A DNA stretch of 64,000 bases, taken from positions 31,744,001 through 31,808,000 of the forward strand of contig OZ024748.1 in NCBI GenBank assembly GCA_964016885.1, in the 5' to 3' direction. Within the stretch, counting starts at the first letter, position 1, and the number at the start of each line of letters is the position of its first letter. The position numbers and the translations under genes were made by a program. Under the pieces are notes generated by a model. It made no database searches. It saw only the letters and a program-made list of their open reading frames with translations, and was not told where the DNA came from. Below, one piece after another: positions 30,341 through 45,471 of this stretch. The stretch is from Eledone cirrhosa (lineage: Eukaryota).

Positions 30341-30857
30341 TATATATATATATTGTATATATATATATATATATATTGTATATATGTATATATATATAGT
30401 ATATTATATATATATATATTGTATATTTAATACAATAACAGAGATAGTTTAAAGCTAAACTCTGACTGGTAACCATCTCACTCAACAAACATTAGGTTAT
30501 ATTGAAATAAAAACCCAATTTAAGTGTTTGGGGTGCTAACAATATGTATAATGTGGAAAAATCAGTTGTATTATTTTATGAGATATTTATATTTATGATA
30601 TATTGTATATATATATATATATATATATTGTATATTGTATATATATATATATTATATAAATATATATATATATATATTGTATATATATATTTATATATAT
30701 ATATATATATATATTGTATATATTTATTTATATATATATATGGTATATATATATATTGTATTTATATATTGTATATATATATATTGTATATATATATATA
30801 TTTTATATATATGGTATATATATTGTATAGATATATATATATTGTATATATATATAT

Positions 30858-30907
<50 letters not shown>

Positions 30908-30928
30908 ATATATATTTATATATATACG

Positions 30929-31330
30929 ATATTAAACAAATGGAAACCATATTTATAAAACCATATTTATTTCATTATATATATTTCAGGGATATTATAT
31001 TAAAAATATGTTATGCCCTCTTCAGACATAATACAATATATAAACAGTTTTATAAATAAATTTGACATACCTAAATCCTAAGACTCCCTCCCCCTTACTC
31101 ACTTCCCGCTTCCCCTTCTCTTCCTACCTCCTTCTTTATATTTTATCTAGTGTATAAAATATTTTCATATCATTACAATACAAAGGTCTGATGACATGGT
31201 GTGTTTGCTTACAGTGTACGTTCGGTTTATGATAATATTTTTATATTATTCAAATAGCGAGGTATAGGTAACCCATACACTATAGAAACAATTGTTACCT
31301 AATGAATTCTCTATACCCGCATTCCCATTT
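30929..31330. mobile_element. Two different HHR-bearing 3' ends joined head-to-head
   Basis: Minus 30973-31033: CTGAAGA-ggg..ccc-t-GAAA (degenerate stem III). Plus 31184-31300: a complete HHR. Confidence 0.65.
31184..31300 (+). ncRNA. Hammerhead ribozyme with ~90-nt stem II domain
   Basis: aggt-CTGATGA(31188)-c-atggtgtg...tacactat-a-GAAAC(31285)-aatt-GTT-acct. Confidence 0.78.
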
Positions 31331-31477
31331 CGTAAACTTCTTCTTCATATATATTGTATATATATATTTATATATATATATATGGTATATATATATATTG
31401 TATTTATATATTGTATATATATATATTGTATATATATATATATATATTGTATATATATATATTGTATATATATATAT

Positions 31478-31561
<84 letters not shown>

Positions 31562-31568
<7 letters not shown>

Positions 31569-32265
31569 CGTCCCTTCACGCACAAGGCGCCAAGGTACGC
31601 ATGTATTGTCCAACCAAGTGCCAGTGTGGTTCAATGGCGGGTTAATAAATTAACGAGCCAGAACAAATATAAACAAGGTTTAGTAAATAATGAAAAAGTT
31701 TCAAGATAAATTTTAAAAAATTGACTTTACCTACTATAGTTACCTTTACCGATCGGTTTCGAATCCCAAAAATAAAACGGAGACCATACGGCCTTCGTTG
31801 CAAAGAGAGATTCTCGTCAGATGGTTCTTTTCATTCAAAGAATATAAAATTCCTGAATTTAAATCACAAACTAGCGCTATCAAAGACTGTTCCTGGGATG
31901 AGAGTGGATGATGTAGAACAGGTTTATCAAGGGCCGTAGTAAAGATAGAGGCAAAAGGAGGTAGGTCAAACTAGCCACCGCTGTTGTCAGCAGCAGTCGG
32001 AATGACCCGGTTTGTTCTCAACGTTTGTGGAGGTAGTAGTAATATGAAATACGTCCCTTCACGCACAAGGCGCCAAGATACGCATGTATTGTCCAACCAA
32101 GTGCCAGTGTGGTTCAATGGCGGGTTAATAAATTAACGAGCCAGAACAAATATGGTCTCCGTTTTATTTTTGGGATTCGAAACCGATCGGTAAAGGTAAC
32201 TATAGTAGGTAAAGTCAATTTTTTAAAATTTATTTTGAAACTTTTTCAATATTTACTAAACCTTG

Positions 32266-32270
<5 letters not shown>
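31562..32270 (-). mobile_element. Retrozyme-like element: ~1.2 x 483-bp unit plus inverted piece (32151-32270)
   Basis: tgaaatacgtccc at 31562 and 32045. 32151-32270 is the reverse complement of ~31668-31788. Confidence 0.85.
31742..31825 (-). ncRNA. Hammerhead ribozyme with extended stem II
   Basis: Reverse complement accat-CTGACGA-gaatctc...gggattc-GAAAC-cgatcg-GTA-aaggt. Confidence 0.82.
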
Positions 32271-32297
<27 letters not shown>

Positions 32298-32622
32298 ATA
32301 TATATATTGTATATATATATATTTTATATATATATTGTATATATATATTGTATATATATAGTATATATATATATATTGTATATATGTATATTGTATATAT
32401 ATATATTGTATATATATATTGTATACATGTATATATATATATTGTATATATATATATATATTGTATATATATATTGTATATATATATTGTATATATATAT
32501 ATAGTATATATATATATATTGTATATATATATAGTATATATATATATATATATTGTATAAATTGTATATATATATATATTATATATATATATATTTTATA
32601 TATTGTATATATATATATATTG

Positions 32623-32680
<58 letters not shown>

Positions 32681-32950
32681 ATATATATATATATTGTATA
32701 TATATATATATTGTATATATATATTGTATATATATATATATTGTATATATATATATATATATTGTATATATATATATTGTATTTATATATATATATTGTA
32801 TATATATTGTATTTATATATATATATTGTATATATATATATATATATTGTATATATATATATATTGTATATATATATATATATATTGTATGTATATATAT
32901 TATATGTATATATATATTGTATATATATATATATATATTGTATATATATA

Positions 32951-33048
<98 letters not shown>

Positions 33049-33400
33049 ATATATATATATTGTATACATATATATATATTGTATATGTATATTTATATAT
33101 ATTGTATATATATATATATATATATTGTATATATATATATATATATATATAGTATATATATATATATATTGTATATATATATATATATTGTATATATGTA
33201 TATATATATATAGTATATTTATATATATTGTATATATATATATATATATTGTATATTGTATATATATATATATTATATAAATATATATATATATATATAT
33301 ATTGTATATATATATTTATATATATATATATATATTGTATATATATATATATATTGTATATATATATATATATATATATATTGTATGTATATATATATTT

Positions 33401-33431
<31 letters not shown>

Positions 33432-33512
33432 TGTATATATATATATAGTATATATATATATTGTATATATATATATATATATTGTATAAATATATATATT
33501 GTATATATATAT

Positions 33513-33582
<70 letters not shown>

Positions 33583-33589
33583 ATATGTA

Positions 33590-33626
<37 letters not shown>

Positions 33627-33641
33627 TGTATATATATATAT

Positions 33642-33677
<36 letters not shown>

Positions 33678-33723
33678 ATATATATTGTTTATATATATAT
33701 ATTGTATATATATATATATATAT

Positions 33724-33765
<42 letters not shown>

Positions 33766-34034
33766 TTTTGCGAGGTTTTTTATATGAAATCGTGTGTCGA
33801 AACAAATATTGTTATACTTGGGGAGGGTCATATTTGTATAATATTGCCAGAATTAATAACAGAACACACTCACTGTTTGGTTGGTTTTCGCTTCTCGCTG
33901 TCTTTTATATCGGTAATCTAACTTACTCCGTCCTCAATGTTGCCATTGACTGACCGACGGTCAAAAATAATACAGATACACTATAGACACAAACGACACA
34001 AGCCGAACGACTAAAACACACAATAACAGTTAAT

Positions 34035-37000
34035 ATGAAAAGAACAACATACACAAATGTCAACGCACTCTACAGACAGAAACGCATTAACGGTAAGGAA
34101 ATCCGAAATCTCATCACAGCAAACGAGAGAGATAACTTCATGAGTGTCATCCGATGTGAAACGAAATACGCTCGAAACGAATGCAATAGGCATTTCAATA
34201 AGAAATTAGAATGGATGAAATAGAAAAAACCACAAGAAAGGAAAATCGAATATTCTCAAAAATACCCAGATAACATCGACAATATCCGTATGACTGATGT
34301 AAAACTACCGGAAGAATTTACCAATGACCACACAGTAAATATCTATGGGAACACTTTAATCAATGAACAAGAACAACAAATCCTGCGGCTACCACCAAAA
34401 TATGCCATCTACAAAAAGATTAACCCTATGGAGTGCAAAACGGAGCTGGAAAAGTGTTTCACAATAATACGTTGGAATGCAAAGGTAAACAACAACAACA
34501 ATAATAACGGTAGTAGTAATATAAATAATAACTCTGAGTATAGAAATAACAGCCTTAACTATATCAATAGCAGGAAAGTGAGAAATAGTGATAATGGTAA
34601 TAATACTAGCGATAGACAGAACAACAACAACCACAATAATAATAATAATAGAAACATTAACCACAGACACAGCAGCAGCGACCACAGTAGTAATAACGGT
34701 AACAATACGAACAACAACAACAATAACCACAGTGGTAATAATGGAAATAGTACATGTAGCAACATCAATGATAGACACAACAAAAACAAGAAACATAATA
34801 AAAGTAACAACCACAATGGTAGAAATAACAGTAACAACAACAACAATAACGGTGAAGTAAACAACAATACATCTAGCAATCATAACAATAATAATAATGC
34901 TAATGATAGAAACAACAACAACCACCCTGATAAAAATAATAGCAACACACAACTATGACGATAGATATAATGACAACCCCTTAGAGAAACTATTTTTCAA
35001 CCCAGCTGACAAAACATATAAGATGGGTAATATCTATCCTACGAGGTTACCCTTTAATAAAAGAGTTTGCATACCACAACAAATAGATGACGAGACAGAG
35101 GCACAGTTCACCATAGCTAGAAATAAGATTAGACAAATAGTAGACAGGTATACTAAGAGACAGAGCAGACCAGAGGCCCAACAACTTGGGAGGAAACCTG
35201 TAGAAGGCTTGGTTAGCCTCAAGCAGCGCACAAGGGATGGTGAGGTAGTGTGTCTTCCCACAGATAAGTCTGGTAGGATGTCAATAGATAGCATGCCGAA
35301 CTACATCGAGGCTATGCAACCCCACATCACCAGCACGAGCGAAATTGCACAACAAACACACGATGGGAGAGAAAAAATCCTCAACGCTCACATGATGATG
35401 TGGACTGACATCCTAAAGCCAAGCAGACGCACTGCCAACAACTTCCAGGCGTTTAACAATGGCATACCACCCATGTATGGGCTCCGCAAAGACCACAAAA
35501 CAGTCGACGACCCGACAACAGGACCACCAACAAGAGCCGTATGCGGAGCTAATATAGCTAGCAACTACAGGATCTCCTACTTCCTCTCAATGGTTATACG
35601 CCCCATAATCAAGATGTCCCCAGATGTATGTGACAGTACAGAGGACCTCCTCAGCAGAATCAGTGAGTGCAACAAAAACGGGAGCCTATCCAACTGCATA
35701 ATAGGCAGCATGGATGTGGTGTCACTGTACCCATCCATTAACATTGATTTTGCTGTGAAAAGATGTGTGGAGATGATCATTGAGAGTGAGGTGGAGTTCT
35801 CGACGTCGACACAGACGAACTAGGCCTCCTACTTAGACTTACCTACGACACTGACTACCTAGACAGCCATGACCTTAGATGTTTCTGCCCTAGTAGACCT
35901 ATAAGAGGTAGAACCCCCACCATAACCTCAATGGCAAAAAAGACTCCCATGGGAAGGTGGATTGGGTGGACCAAAGCTATACGGACCCCCCAAAACAATG
36001 ATCAGGTAAGAAAAATGGTCGCACATGCAATAGGGGCTAGTATCAAAACTACCCTACTGGGCCACATATTTAAGTTCAACAAGAAAATCTACACCCAAAA
36101 TGAGGGAGCAGCCATCGGCGTCAGCATAGCTGGTGATGTTGCCAACCTTTTTATGGTATGGTGGGAAAGGAGACTTAAAGATCTCCTTAATGAAAGCTCC
36201 ATAGACCTCATCATGTACTCTCGTTATGTAGACGATATCAATATAGTTATAAGAACACCCCCACTAGAGAGCACTAACAAGTTTGATTTAGAACGTAGCA
36301 CAATGGAAAGCATCCAGCAGATAGCTAATTCCATACACCAGAGTATAACTGTAACTATCGACTTCCCTTCCAAACACCCTAACAATAGACTACCTGTATT
36401 AGACACAGAACTCTGGATTAACACTATAGACGAGAGAGCCCAAATTCTCCACTCACACTATGCTAAACCCATGGCCTCCAAATACCTGATACTAAAAAAC
36501 TCAGCAATATCCAGTAGTGCTAAGTTTAATATTCTGATCGCAGATTTGGTACGAGTGATAAAGAATGTGTCCCCCATGTGCGACCCAACAGAAATGGAAA
36601 GACACATCCAACACTTCATCAACCGCATGCAGTTCTCTGGCTACAACCAAAGAGACAGAGTCAGAGTATACGAAGGAGCCATGGAAAATTATAAGACCCT
36701 CATAGAACTGGACACGAAAGGAATTTGCCCATTATACAGGAGCAAATCATGTAATAGATTAGATAGGGCTAGACATAAGATAGGGAAAGCCACCTCATGG
36801 TACGACAACCAGAGATACCAGAGTGTCATGTTTTGTGGACGCCACCCCTGGAGGGAAATTAGCTAACCAGTGTAGAAAGGCCCTGAGAAAGACCCACTTA
36901 AAAATAAAGGTGGTAGAAAAGCCAGGAACCACCATAAAATCCCTGATCAGCAAAACCTACCCTTTTAAGAAAACCCACTGTACCAACAGGAAATGTATCA

Positions 37001-37383
37001 TATGTAAGGTGAACCCCCGGATAAACTGTAAAACTAGAAACGTAGTCTATAGCATAATATGTACTGAGGGTACTTGCAGAAACATGACAACAACATACAT
37101 AGGTGAGACAGCTCGTAGCATAGGTGAAAGGATAGACCAGCACTGGGGGGAACTAAAAGGACGAAAAAACGGGTCAGTACTATACGAACATGCTAGACAA
37201 CAACATGACGATAACATAGACAACATAGAAATTAGAATAATATCTAAACATAGAAATGACCCAGCAGATAGGCAAATCAGAGAGGCCAGTGAAATAGAAA
37301 TTAGAAGACCAAGGCTAAACAGAAAGAATGAATGGAATAACAACAACACCCAAACAAAAAACACTGACCCAAGAGAAGTATGA
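34035..37383 (+). pseudogene. PLE RT + GIY-YIG polyprotein, broken by a stop and about 3 frameshifts
   Basis: PTDKSGR, MYGLRKDHK, SMDVVSLYPSI, GAAIG...ANLFM, YSRYVDDI, LPVLDTELW, CTNRKCIIC, CKTRNVVY...YIGETARSIGER..QH. Confidence 0.93.
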
Positions 37384-37593
37384 ATAAGTAAATAAAATAA
37401 GATAAATAAATACATACACAAGCACATAAATACACACTAGTCATCCATCACACAGCAAACAACACTATACACACACGCAAACGCATGCGCAAAGAAGACA
37501 AAATAAAATAAACAAACAAGCAAATAAATAAATAAATATATAGACAGACTGAATAAAAATGGCGTAGACATACAATACAACAGGAGGAAAATA

Positions 37594-37660
37594 TAACACC
37601 ACTGAAGATGTTGCAGATGTGCAACGAAAGATTTATGATAAACTATATATATGTGTTTGT
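37594..37660 (+). ncRNA. Probable degenerate hammerhead
   Basis: CTGAAGA(37602)-t-gttgca-gatg-tgcaac-GAAA. Stems I and III are imperfect; the position matches that expected in a PLE 3' end. Confidence 0.5.
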
Positions 37661-37858
37661 GTCTATATTGTATCTGTATTATTTTTGACCGTCGGTCAGT
37701 CAATGGCAACATTGAGGACCGAGTAAGTTAGATTACCGATATAAAAGAGAGCGAGAAGCGAAAACCAACCAAACTGAGTGTGTTCTGTTATTAATTCTGG
37801 CAATATTATACAAATATGACCCTCCCCAAGTATAACAATATATATATATATATATATT

Positions 37859-37890
<32 letters not shown>

Positions 37891-37893
<3 letters not shown>

Positions 37894-38326
37894 ACATATG
37901 TAGGAGGTGAGTTTTATTGTACTAAAATAAAGCAATGCAGATATCGGATAAGAAGCACTCTACAGTTGGACTGGAGTATAAATAATATCAAAAGATGGTT
38001 AAAGGAGTTCCATGTATTTTATTATGCGCATTTCAAAACCAAATATCATCATGCAATAACATTTGCATTTTCGTCAGATAAAATAGGTAGACATGACATG
38101 AAGGTTAAAACACACTTGTGAATAGTGCAGTTTTAAATCAACATATATATGATATGTTGATTTAAAACTGCACTATTCACAAGTGCGTTTTAAACTTCAT
38201 GTCATGTCTCCCTATTCTATCTGACGAAAACGCAAATGTTATTGCATGATGATATTGCATGATGATATTTGTTTTTGAAATGCGCATAATAAAATACATG
38301 GAACTCTTTTAACCATCTTTTGATCT
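37891..38326. mobile_element. Palindromic non-coding insertion (centre ~38149) with two HHRs (38015-38085 minus; 38213-38296 plus) and tail on the left
   Basis: tattYtat-CTGACGA-aaa..caaat...atttg-tttt-GAAA-tgcgca-TA-ataaaata. Confidence 0.85.
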
Positions 38327-38538
38327 TATATATTATATTGTATATATATATATATACAATATTTTAAATATATATATATATTGTATATATATATATATAT
38401 ATATTGTATATATATATATATATTTTATATATATTTTATATATATATACATATTGTATATATATATATATATATATATATTTTATATATATATATATATA
38501 TATTGTATATATATATATATATATTTTATATATATATA

Positions 38539-39178
38539 TACCTCTCATTTATACTTATACTCGGATTCTTTTCCTAGAGTGCTTAAACTATCTGTGACTA
38601 ATCCCGGTTTTTTATAAAAACTGTGATAATTATTGCTATTTGCTGAACTCCTTTTGTAGAGTTTTTTTCAGAATGTATTTGACTGCTATTTCTTGTAAAT
38701 AAACATTCACTTTCATCCTGACGTCACTAGCCCCGTTTTTCCTCATGTGCTTTTTCATAATTACACATGATGGCGAACTAGCCAGTTTTAAAATTCCCTT
38801 TTTCGGATTATAATACTGTGAGAGCCCTGGTTTCAGTTGAGCTCTGCTGACGATTGAAATCCAACCGTGAGCATCTCCACTGAAAGTTTTCATGAAATAG
38901 TCTTTTAAGACTATACAGAGCATTTGATGTTATTCCAAATTGAAGGATAAGTGTTTTAAACTTTATTTTATCATGAATTAAAGGTCTATTGATATTTGCC
39001 TGGATTTCACTAAATTCTGTGGATGAATTTATATCCTGATTCTCTTTTGAGATGAGTTTGAATTACTTTTCCTAAATCTTACGTTAACTACTTTTCCCAT
39101 CTTGACGTTATAGTCGCATATATGTTATAGAATACTATTAGCTTCTCGCTAAAACAATCTCTATACCTCTCATTTATA
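38539..39178 (+). mobile_element. Retrozyme-like ~625-bp unit with terminal redundancy (tacctctcatttata); HHR 38841-38921
   Basis: gctctg-CTGACGA-t-tgaaa...tttca-t-GAAA-tagtct-ttta-agacta-TA-cagagc. Reverse complement of the 55223-55850 unit. Confidence 0.85.
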
Positions 39179-39224
39179 TATATTGTATATATATATATAT
39201 ATATATTTTATATATATATATATA

Positions 39225-39258
<34 letters not shown>

Positions 39259-39317
39259 TTTATATATATATATATATTTTATATATATATATAGTATATA
39301 TATATATATATATATAT

Positions 39318-39359
<42 letters not shown>

Positions 39360-39864
39360 ATATATATATATATATTTTATATATATATATATATTGTATA
39401 TATATATATATATAAATTGTACATATATATATATCGTATATATATATTGTATATATACATATATTGTATATATATATAGTATATAAATATATATTGTATA
39501 TATATATATTGTATATATATATATATTGAATATATATATATTATATATATATATATTGTATATATATATATTGTATATATATATATATTGTAAATAAATA
39601 TATTTTGTATATATATATATATTGTATATATATATATTGTATATATATATTGTATATATATATATTGTATATATATATATATATTGTATATATATATATA
39701 TATTGTACATATATATATTGTATATATATATATATATTGTATATATATATATTGTATATATATTGTATATATATTGTATATATATATATATATATTGTAT
39801 ATGTATATATATATATATATATATATTGTGTATATATATATATATTGTATATATATATATATAT

Positions 39865-39917
<53 letters not shown>

Positions 39918-39919
<2 letters not shown>

Positions 39920-40770
39920 ACTTCACGTTTTGGTTGAATTACGTCTCCGAACATTCGTGTGTTTATATGAAGGTATGTGTGTGCGCTTGTTATATACGTA
40001 TTTATTTATCTATATATGTTTATATAATTATTTATCTATTTGTATACACACATACACACACACACATATTTATATGTGCGGGGTTTTGTATACCTATGGT
40101 AAGTTTTTGCGTATGCTCGTGTATGTACGTATTTGTTTGCGTGTATGTATTTATTTATTTCTATTACTTCTGTATTGTATTTATTTACTTTGTTTTTAAC
40201 TCTGTAGTGGTGATTCATTTGGTTTCCTTGTTAGAATTTTAGTCTACGACTTATGCTATACCATTTACGTGGTTTTGTCTTTGCGTGCTATTGTTCTCCA
40301 CGCTCCACATATGACGTATTATCTTCGTTTTTTCGTTCATTGCCAGAGAACGTCTCTATGTACCACCTAAGAGAACATTAGTCTACGACCTCTTTTATAC
40401 CATAAACGTGGTTCTGTCTTTGCGCGTAATTGTTTTTCACCGCTCCTATTAATGACGTATTATATTCGTTTTTTCCCGTTCTTTGCCAGCGAACATTTCC
40501 ACGAACCAAAGTATTGTCTTCCTGCCTTCCTCCGGTTGCAACGTTTTTTGAAATATCCAGTTCTGCGTTTACAGATTGACTTTGTTAGTTTCAGAAGATC
40601 CCGTTAAGGGTGAAAGCAGCGATTCTTTGCTTAAACATTAATCTGTTATTTTAATAAATATTTGCTCTACGGTTCTTATATATTTGATATATATTTTCCT
40701 TATCGAGCCCTCTTTGGATTTTAGTCTTCAAATTTATTATTATTACTATTATTATTATTATTATTACTAT
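39918..40770 (+). mobile_element. Non-coding PLE 3' segment, CAGAAGA-HHR at 40572-40645, with tail
   Basis: Homologous to ~10045-10670 and 16577-16739. Confidence 0.85.
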
Positions 40771-40947
40771 ATATTGTATATATATATATATATATATTGT
40801 ATATATATATATATATATATATATTGTATATATATATATATATATTGTATGTATATATATTGTATATATATTGTATATATATATTTTATATATATATATA
40901 TTGTATACATATTTATATATATATATATTGTATATCTAAATAGATAT

Positions 40948-41003
<56 letters not shown>

Positions 41004-41232
41004 TTGTATATATATATATATAGTATATATATATATATATATTGTATATATATATATATATTGTATATATTGTATATATATATATTTTATATATATATAT
41101 ATTGTATTGATTGTTTATATATATATTGTATATATATATATATATTGTATTAATTGTATATATATTGTATATATTAATATATATATATATATAAAATATA
41201 TATATATATTGTATATATATATATATATATTG

Positions 41233-41278
<46 letters not shown>

Positions 41279-41329
41279 TTTGAATGGATACAGTTTAGTT
41301 GAAAGGAATTTATTGACACGTGTTTCTAT

Positions 41330-42451
41330 AACACTCAATTTAAACTCTGGTTTGATTAAACCGTTTCATAAATTGAATGAAAATCTCAAATACGTAAATG
41401 TTGGGTCTAACCACCCCATCTCTATAATTAAATCTATCCCTAAAAATATTTCCCTTAGAATCTCGGGTCTATCTTCTAACATACAAGTATTTAAGGAACA
41501 CGCCGAGTACTACGATAACGCCCTTAGTAAAGCAGGCTACCTCAACAAAATAGAGTACATAAATGGGAACAATCAAAACACCCAAAATAAATCCCACATA
41601 GGTAGATATAATAACACAACACCAAACCACACTTACTACCATAGTATGCACACCAGTAAACCAACAAACAAAACTAATAGAAAGCGATGCAAAGAGTACT
41701 TATGGTATAACCCCGAATACAATAGTTCCATTAGTACAAATTTACCAGTACTCTTCTTTAAAATAATTAAAAGACATTTTCCTACATCACACAAATACCA
41801 CAAAATCCTAAACCCTACCACTATAAGACTGTCATACTCTACAGCGTTAAACCTTGAACAACACATAAAAAAGATCAATACTAGAAGGTTAAACGAAAAC
41901 ACTGAAAACTTAAGTACAAAGAACACAAAAAAACAGTAGACAATACACTACAGAACATAAATAAACCACACCTAAGTTCGTCCGCAATACTACTCCAGAG
42001 AAAACCCAACGTACACAACTGTAACTGCACCTATCCTGACAACTGCCCCCTCGGCAATAACTGCCTGGAAAAAAATAGTATTTATAAGTGTACCGTTAAA
42101 TCCGGAGGCAACGAGTGGTATTACGTGGGATCAACGGCAACATCCTTTAAATCTCGATTGTATAGGCATTCTTACTCAATAAAACACCAGAGCCAAAGAA
42201 ATGTAACAACTTTAGCAGAAAAAGCTTGGACGCTCAGGGATAGCGATCAAAAGTTTACCCTAAAATGGGAGAAATTAGCTAAAACCCAAAGCTTTTCCAG
42301 GAGCCAAAATTTCTGCAAATTGTGTAATCTTGAGATTTATTACATAATCACACACAAGAAGAAACTGCTGAATAACAGAATTGAACGAACATTATTCTGC
42401 CGTCACAGAACTAAAACCCTTTTTTCCCACTACAAGCCGAATATTACATAA
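41330..42451 (+). pseudogene. PLE thumb + linker + GIY-YIG EN, disrupted near 41930
   Basis: KPFHKLNENLKYVNVGSNHP, YLWYNP, CNCTYPDNCPL, IYKC...YVGST..FKSR, LKW, CKLC. Confidence 0.9.
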
Positions 42452-43318
42452 AAGACGGACATCCCCCAACTATATAAACCTTAATCTAGTTAGAAAAATA
42501 TAAAAACAATCTCTTCTCAACATATATTAATAACCTTAAATTACCACACTAATAATGGAAAGATATGCTGATGAGAATAGGTGCAAATATGCGATAATGA
42601 ATGTGTCTAAAAACGTCCATAAGTATGTATATATATGCGAAAATGTATATAAATAAGTAAATATATATATATGTTTGATGTGTATAGTTAGATGTAAGTG
42701 TATTCATGTATTAAAGTGCTTATATATATATATATATAATATATATATATATATGTATGTATATATGTGTATATAGATGTGTATGTATGTGTATGTGTGT
42801 ACACATGGACTAGAGTATGTATGTATATATGTGTGTGTCTATACGTGTGTATATAAAGATAAGTTGAATATGAAAATGTATACACATGAGCGCGTATGTA
42901 TGTACATGAATACATGTGTGTATATATATGTGTATGCATGTGTATATATATGTAAGTATGAATATGTGAATTGTGAGTATATGTATTTTGTAGAGGTGTG
43001 CAAATATATTTGTGTGTGAATGCGTGGGTGAAAGGATACGTACACTTGAAAGAAAAATTTAAGTCTGAATGTTAATTAAGTGCAAACACAAAACCAACCA
43101 CGCATATCTTTACTATCTCTAATCCTTCTATAGATTTAGAAAAATAACCAATAATATATTCTATAAAAAATGTCAAAACAACAGATGGGAATCTAATTAC
43201 TCACTGCCACCAAGAATTCTCACTGCTATCGAAAAACCACTCCTTCAACTATTCTTCTAACAACTTCACCCCTCCCTCCTAATATTCTCTATAAAAACTA
43301 AATAGGTCCTCAGTAATA

Positions 43319-43435
43319 TTATTCTCATGAAATGACAGTAAATAATAACATTGAAATATTGAATGTCTGCATAACAAAAAGTTTGTAGATAGCTGTTTTA
43401 GGTTATGTAACTGTTGTAGAAACACGTGTCAATAA
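43319..43435 (+). ncRNA. Hammerhead with long stem II, core CTCATGA (G5C, probably inactive)
   Basis: ttatt-CTCATGA-a-atgacagt...actgttgt-a-GAAAC-acgt-GTC-aataa. Confidence 0.6.
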
Positions 43436-43582
43436 ATTCCTTTCAACTAAACTGTATCCATTCAAATCTTTCTATTTTTCTCCGGATTACTTTTGGAACT
43501 ACAACTGGAACCGTCGAGCAAACTCTACGTGAGCTGATAATCTACTGTGTGTAATATTTATATTACAACACAACGGAAAATA

Positions 43583-43627
<45 letters not shown>

Positions 43628-43663
43628 ATATATATATATATATATATATTGCATATATATATA

Positions 43664-43711
<48 letters not shown>

Positions 43712-43943
43712 ATATATATATATATTGTATATATATATACTGTAAATATATATATATATTGTATATATATATATTGTATATATATATATATATATATTGT
43801 ATATAATATATATATTGTATATATATATATTGTATATATATATATATTGTATATATATATTGTATATATATATGTATATTGTATATATATATATATTGTA
43901 TATATATATATTGTATATATATATATATATTGTATATATATAT

Positions 43944-44014
<71 letters not shown>

Positions 44015-44028
44015 TATATATATATTGT

Positions 44029-44094
<66 letters not shown>

Positions 44095-44107
44095 TGTTTA
44101 TATATAC

Positions 44108-44149
<42 letters not shown>

Positions 44150-44259
44150 ATATATATATATATATATATATTGTATACATATATATATATAAATATTGTA
44201 TACATATATATATATATATATATTGTATATATATATATATTGTATACATATATATATAT

Positions 44260-44290
<31 letters not shown>

Positions 44291-44324
44291 TGTATATATA
44301 TATATTGTATATATATATATATAT

Positions 44325-44382
<58 letters not shown>

Positions 44383-44390
44383 ATATATAT

Positions 44391-44448
<58 letters not shown>

Positions 44449-44949
44449 ATTTATATATATTGTATATATATATATATATATTGTATATATATATATATAT
44501 ATATATTGTATATATATATATATTGTATATATATATATATTGTATATATATATATGGATATATATATATTATATATATATATATATATTGTATATATATA
44601 TTGTATATATATATATATTGTATATATATATATTGTATATCTATATTGTATATATACATTGTGTATATATAAATAGTATAGATATATATATATATTGTAT
44701 ACATATTTATATATATATATTGTATATATATATATATTGTATATATATATATATATTGTATATATATATAAATATTGTACATATATATATATTATATATA
44801 TTGTATATATATATATGTTTTATATATATATATATATATATATTGTATTAATTGTTTATATATATATCGTATATATATCGTATATATATATATTTTATTA
44901 ATTGTATATATATATTGTATATATATATATATATACTATATATATATAT

Positions 44950-44986
<37 letters not shown>

Positions 44987-45471
44987 TATATATATATATA
45001 TATTGTGTATATATATATATTGTATATATATTGTATATATATATGTATTTTGTATATAAATATATTATATATATATATATATATTTTGTGTATATATATA
45101 TATATATATATTGTATATATATATATATTGTATATATATATATATATTGTATATATATATATATTGTACATATATATATATATTGTATATATATATATAT
45201 TGTACATATATGTATATTGTATATATAAATATATATATTGTATATATATATATATTGTATATATATATATATATTGTATATATATATTGTATATATATAT
45301 ATATTGTATATATATATTGTATATATACATTGTATATATACATAGTGTATATATAGTATATATATATATATATATTGTATACATATTTATATATATATAT
45401 TGTATATATATATATATTGTATATCTTCTCTGCCTACTACTACTACTACTACAACATTTTTGTCTACTGCT

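Larger units (their letters stand above)
33762..37841 (+). mobile_element. Near-full-length Penelope-like element (Nematis/Neptune-like) with ~190-bp inverted ends (33806-33994 / 37655-37841)
   Basis: RT and GIY-YIG ORF fragments bracketed by reverse-complementary ends. Confidence 0.92.
41274..43585 (+). mobile_element. 5'-truncated Hydra-clade-like PLE with 56-bp inverted 5' piece (41274-41329 / 43417-43472)
   Basis: Thumb/linker/EN ORFs, UTR, mutated HHR and tail. Confidence 0.9.

Noticed and set aside
33806-37841. Inverted ends as DNA-transposon TIRs (also other palindromes as MITEs)
   Set aside because: The interior encodes PLE RT/GIY-YIG rather than a transposase, and the arms are asymmetric element 3' ends.
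42568-42580. CTGATGA as a hammerhead core
   Set aside because: No stem II/GAAA/stem III arrangement follows.
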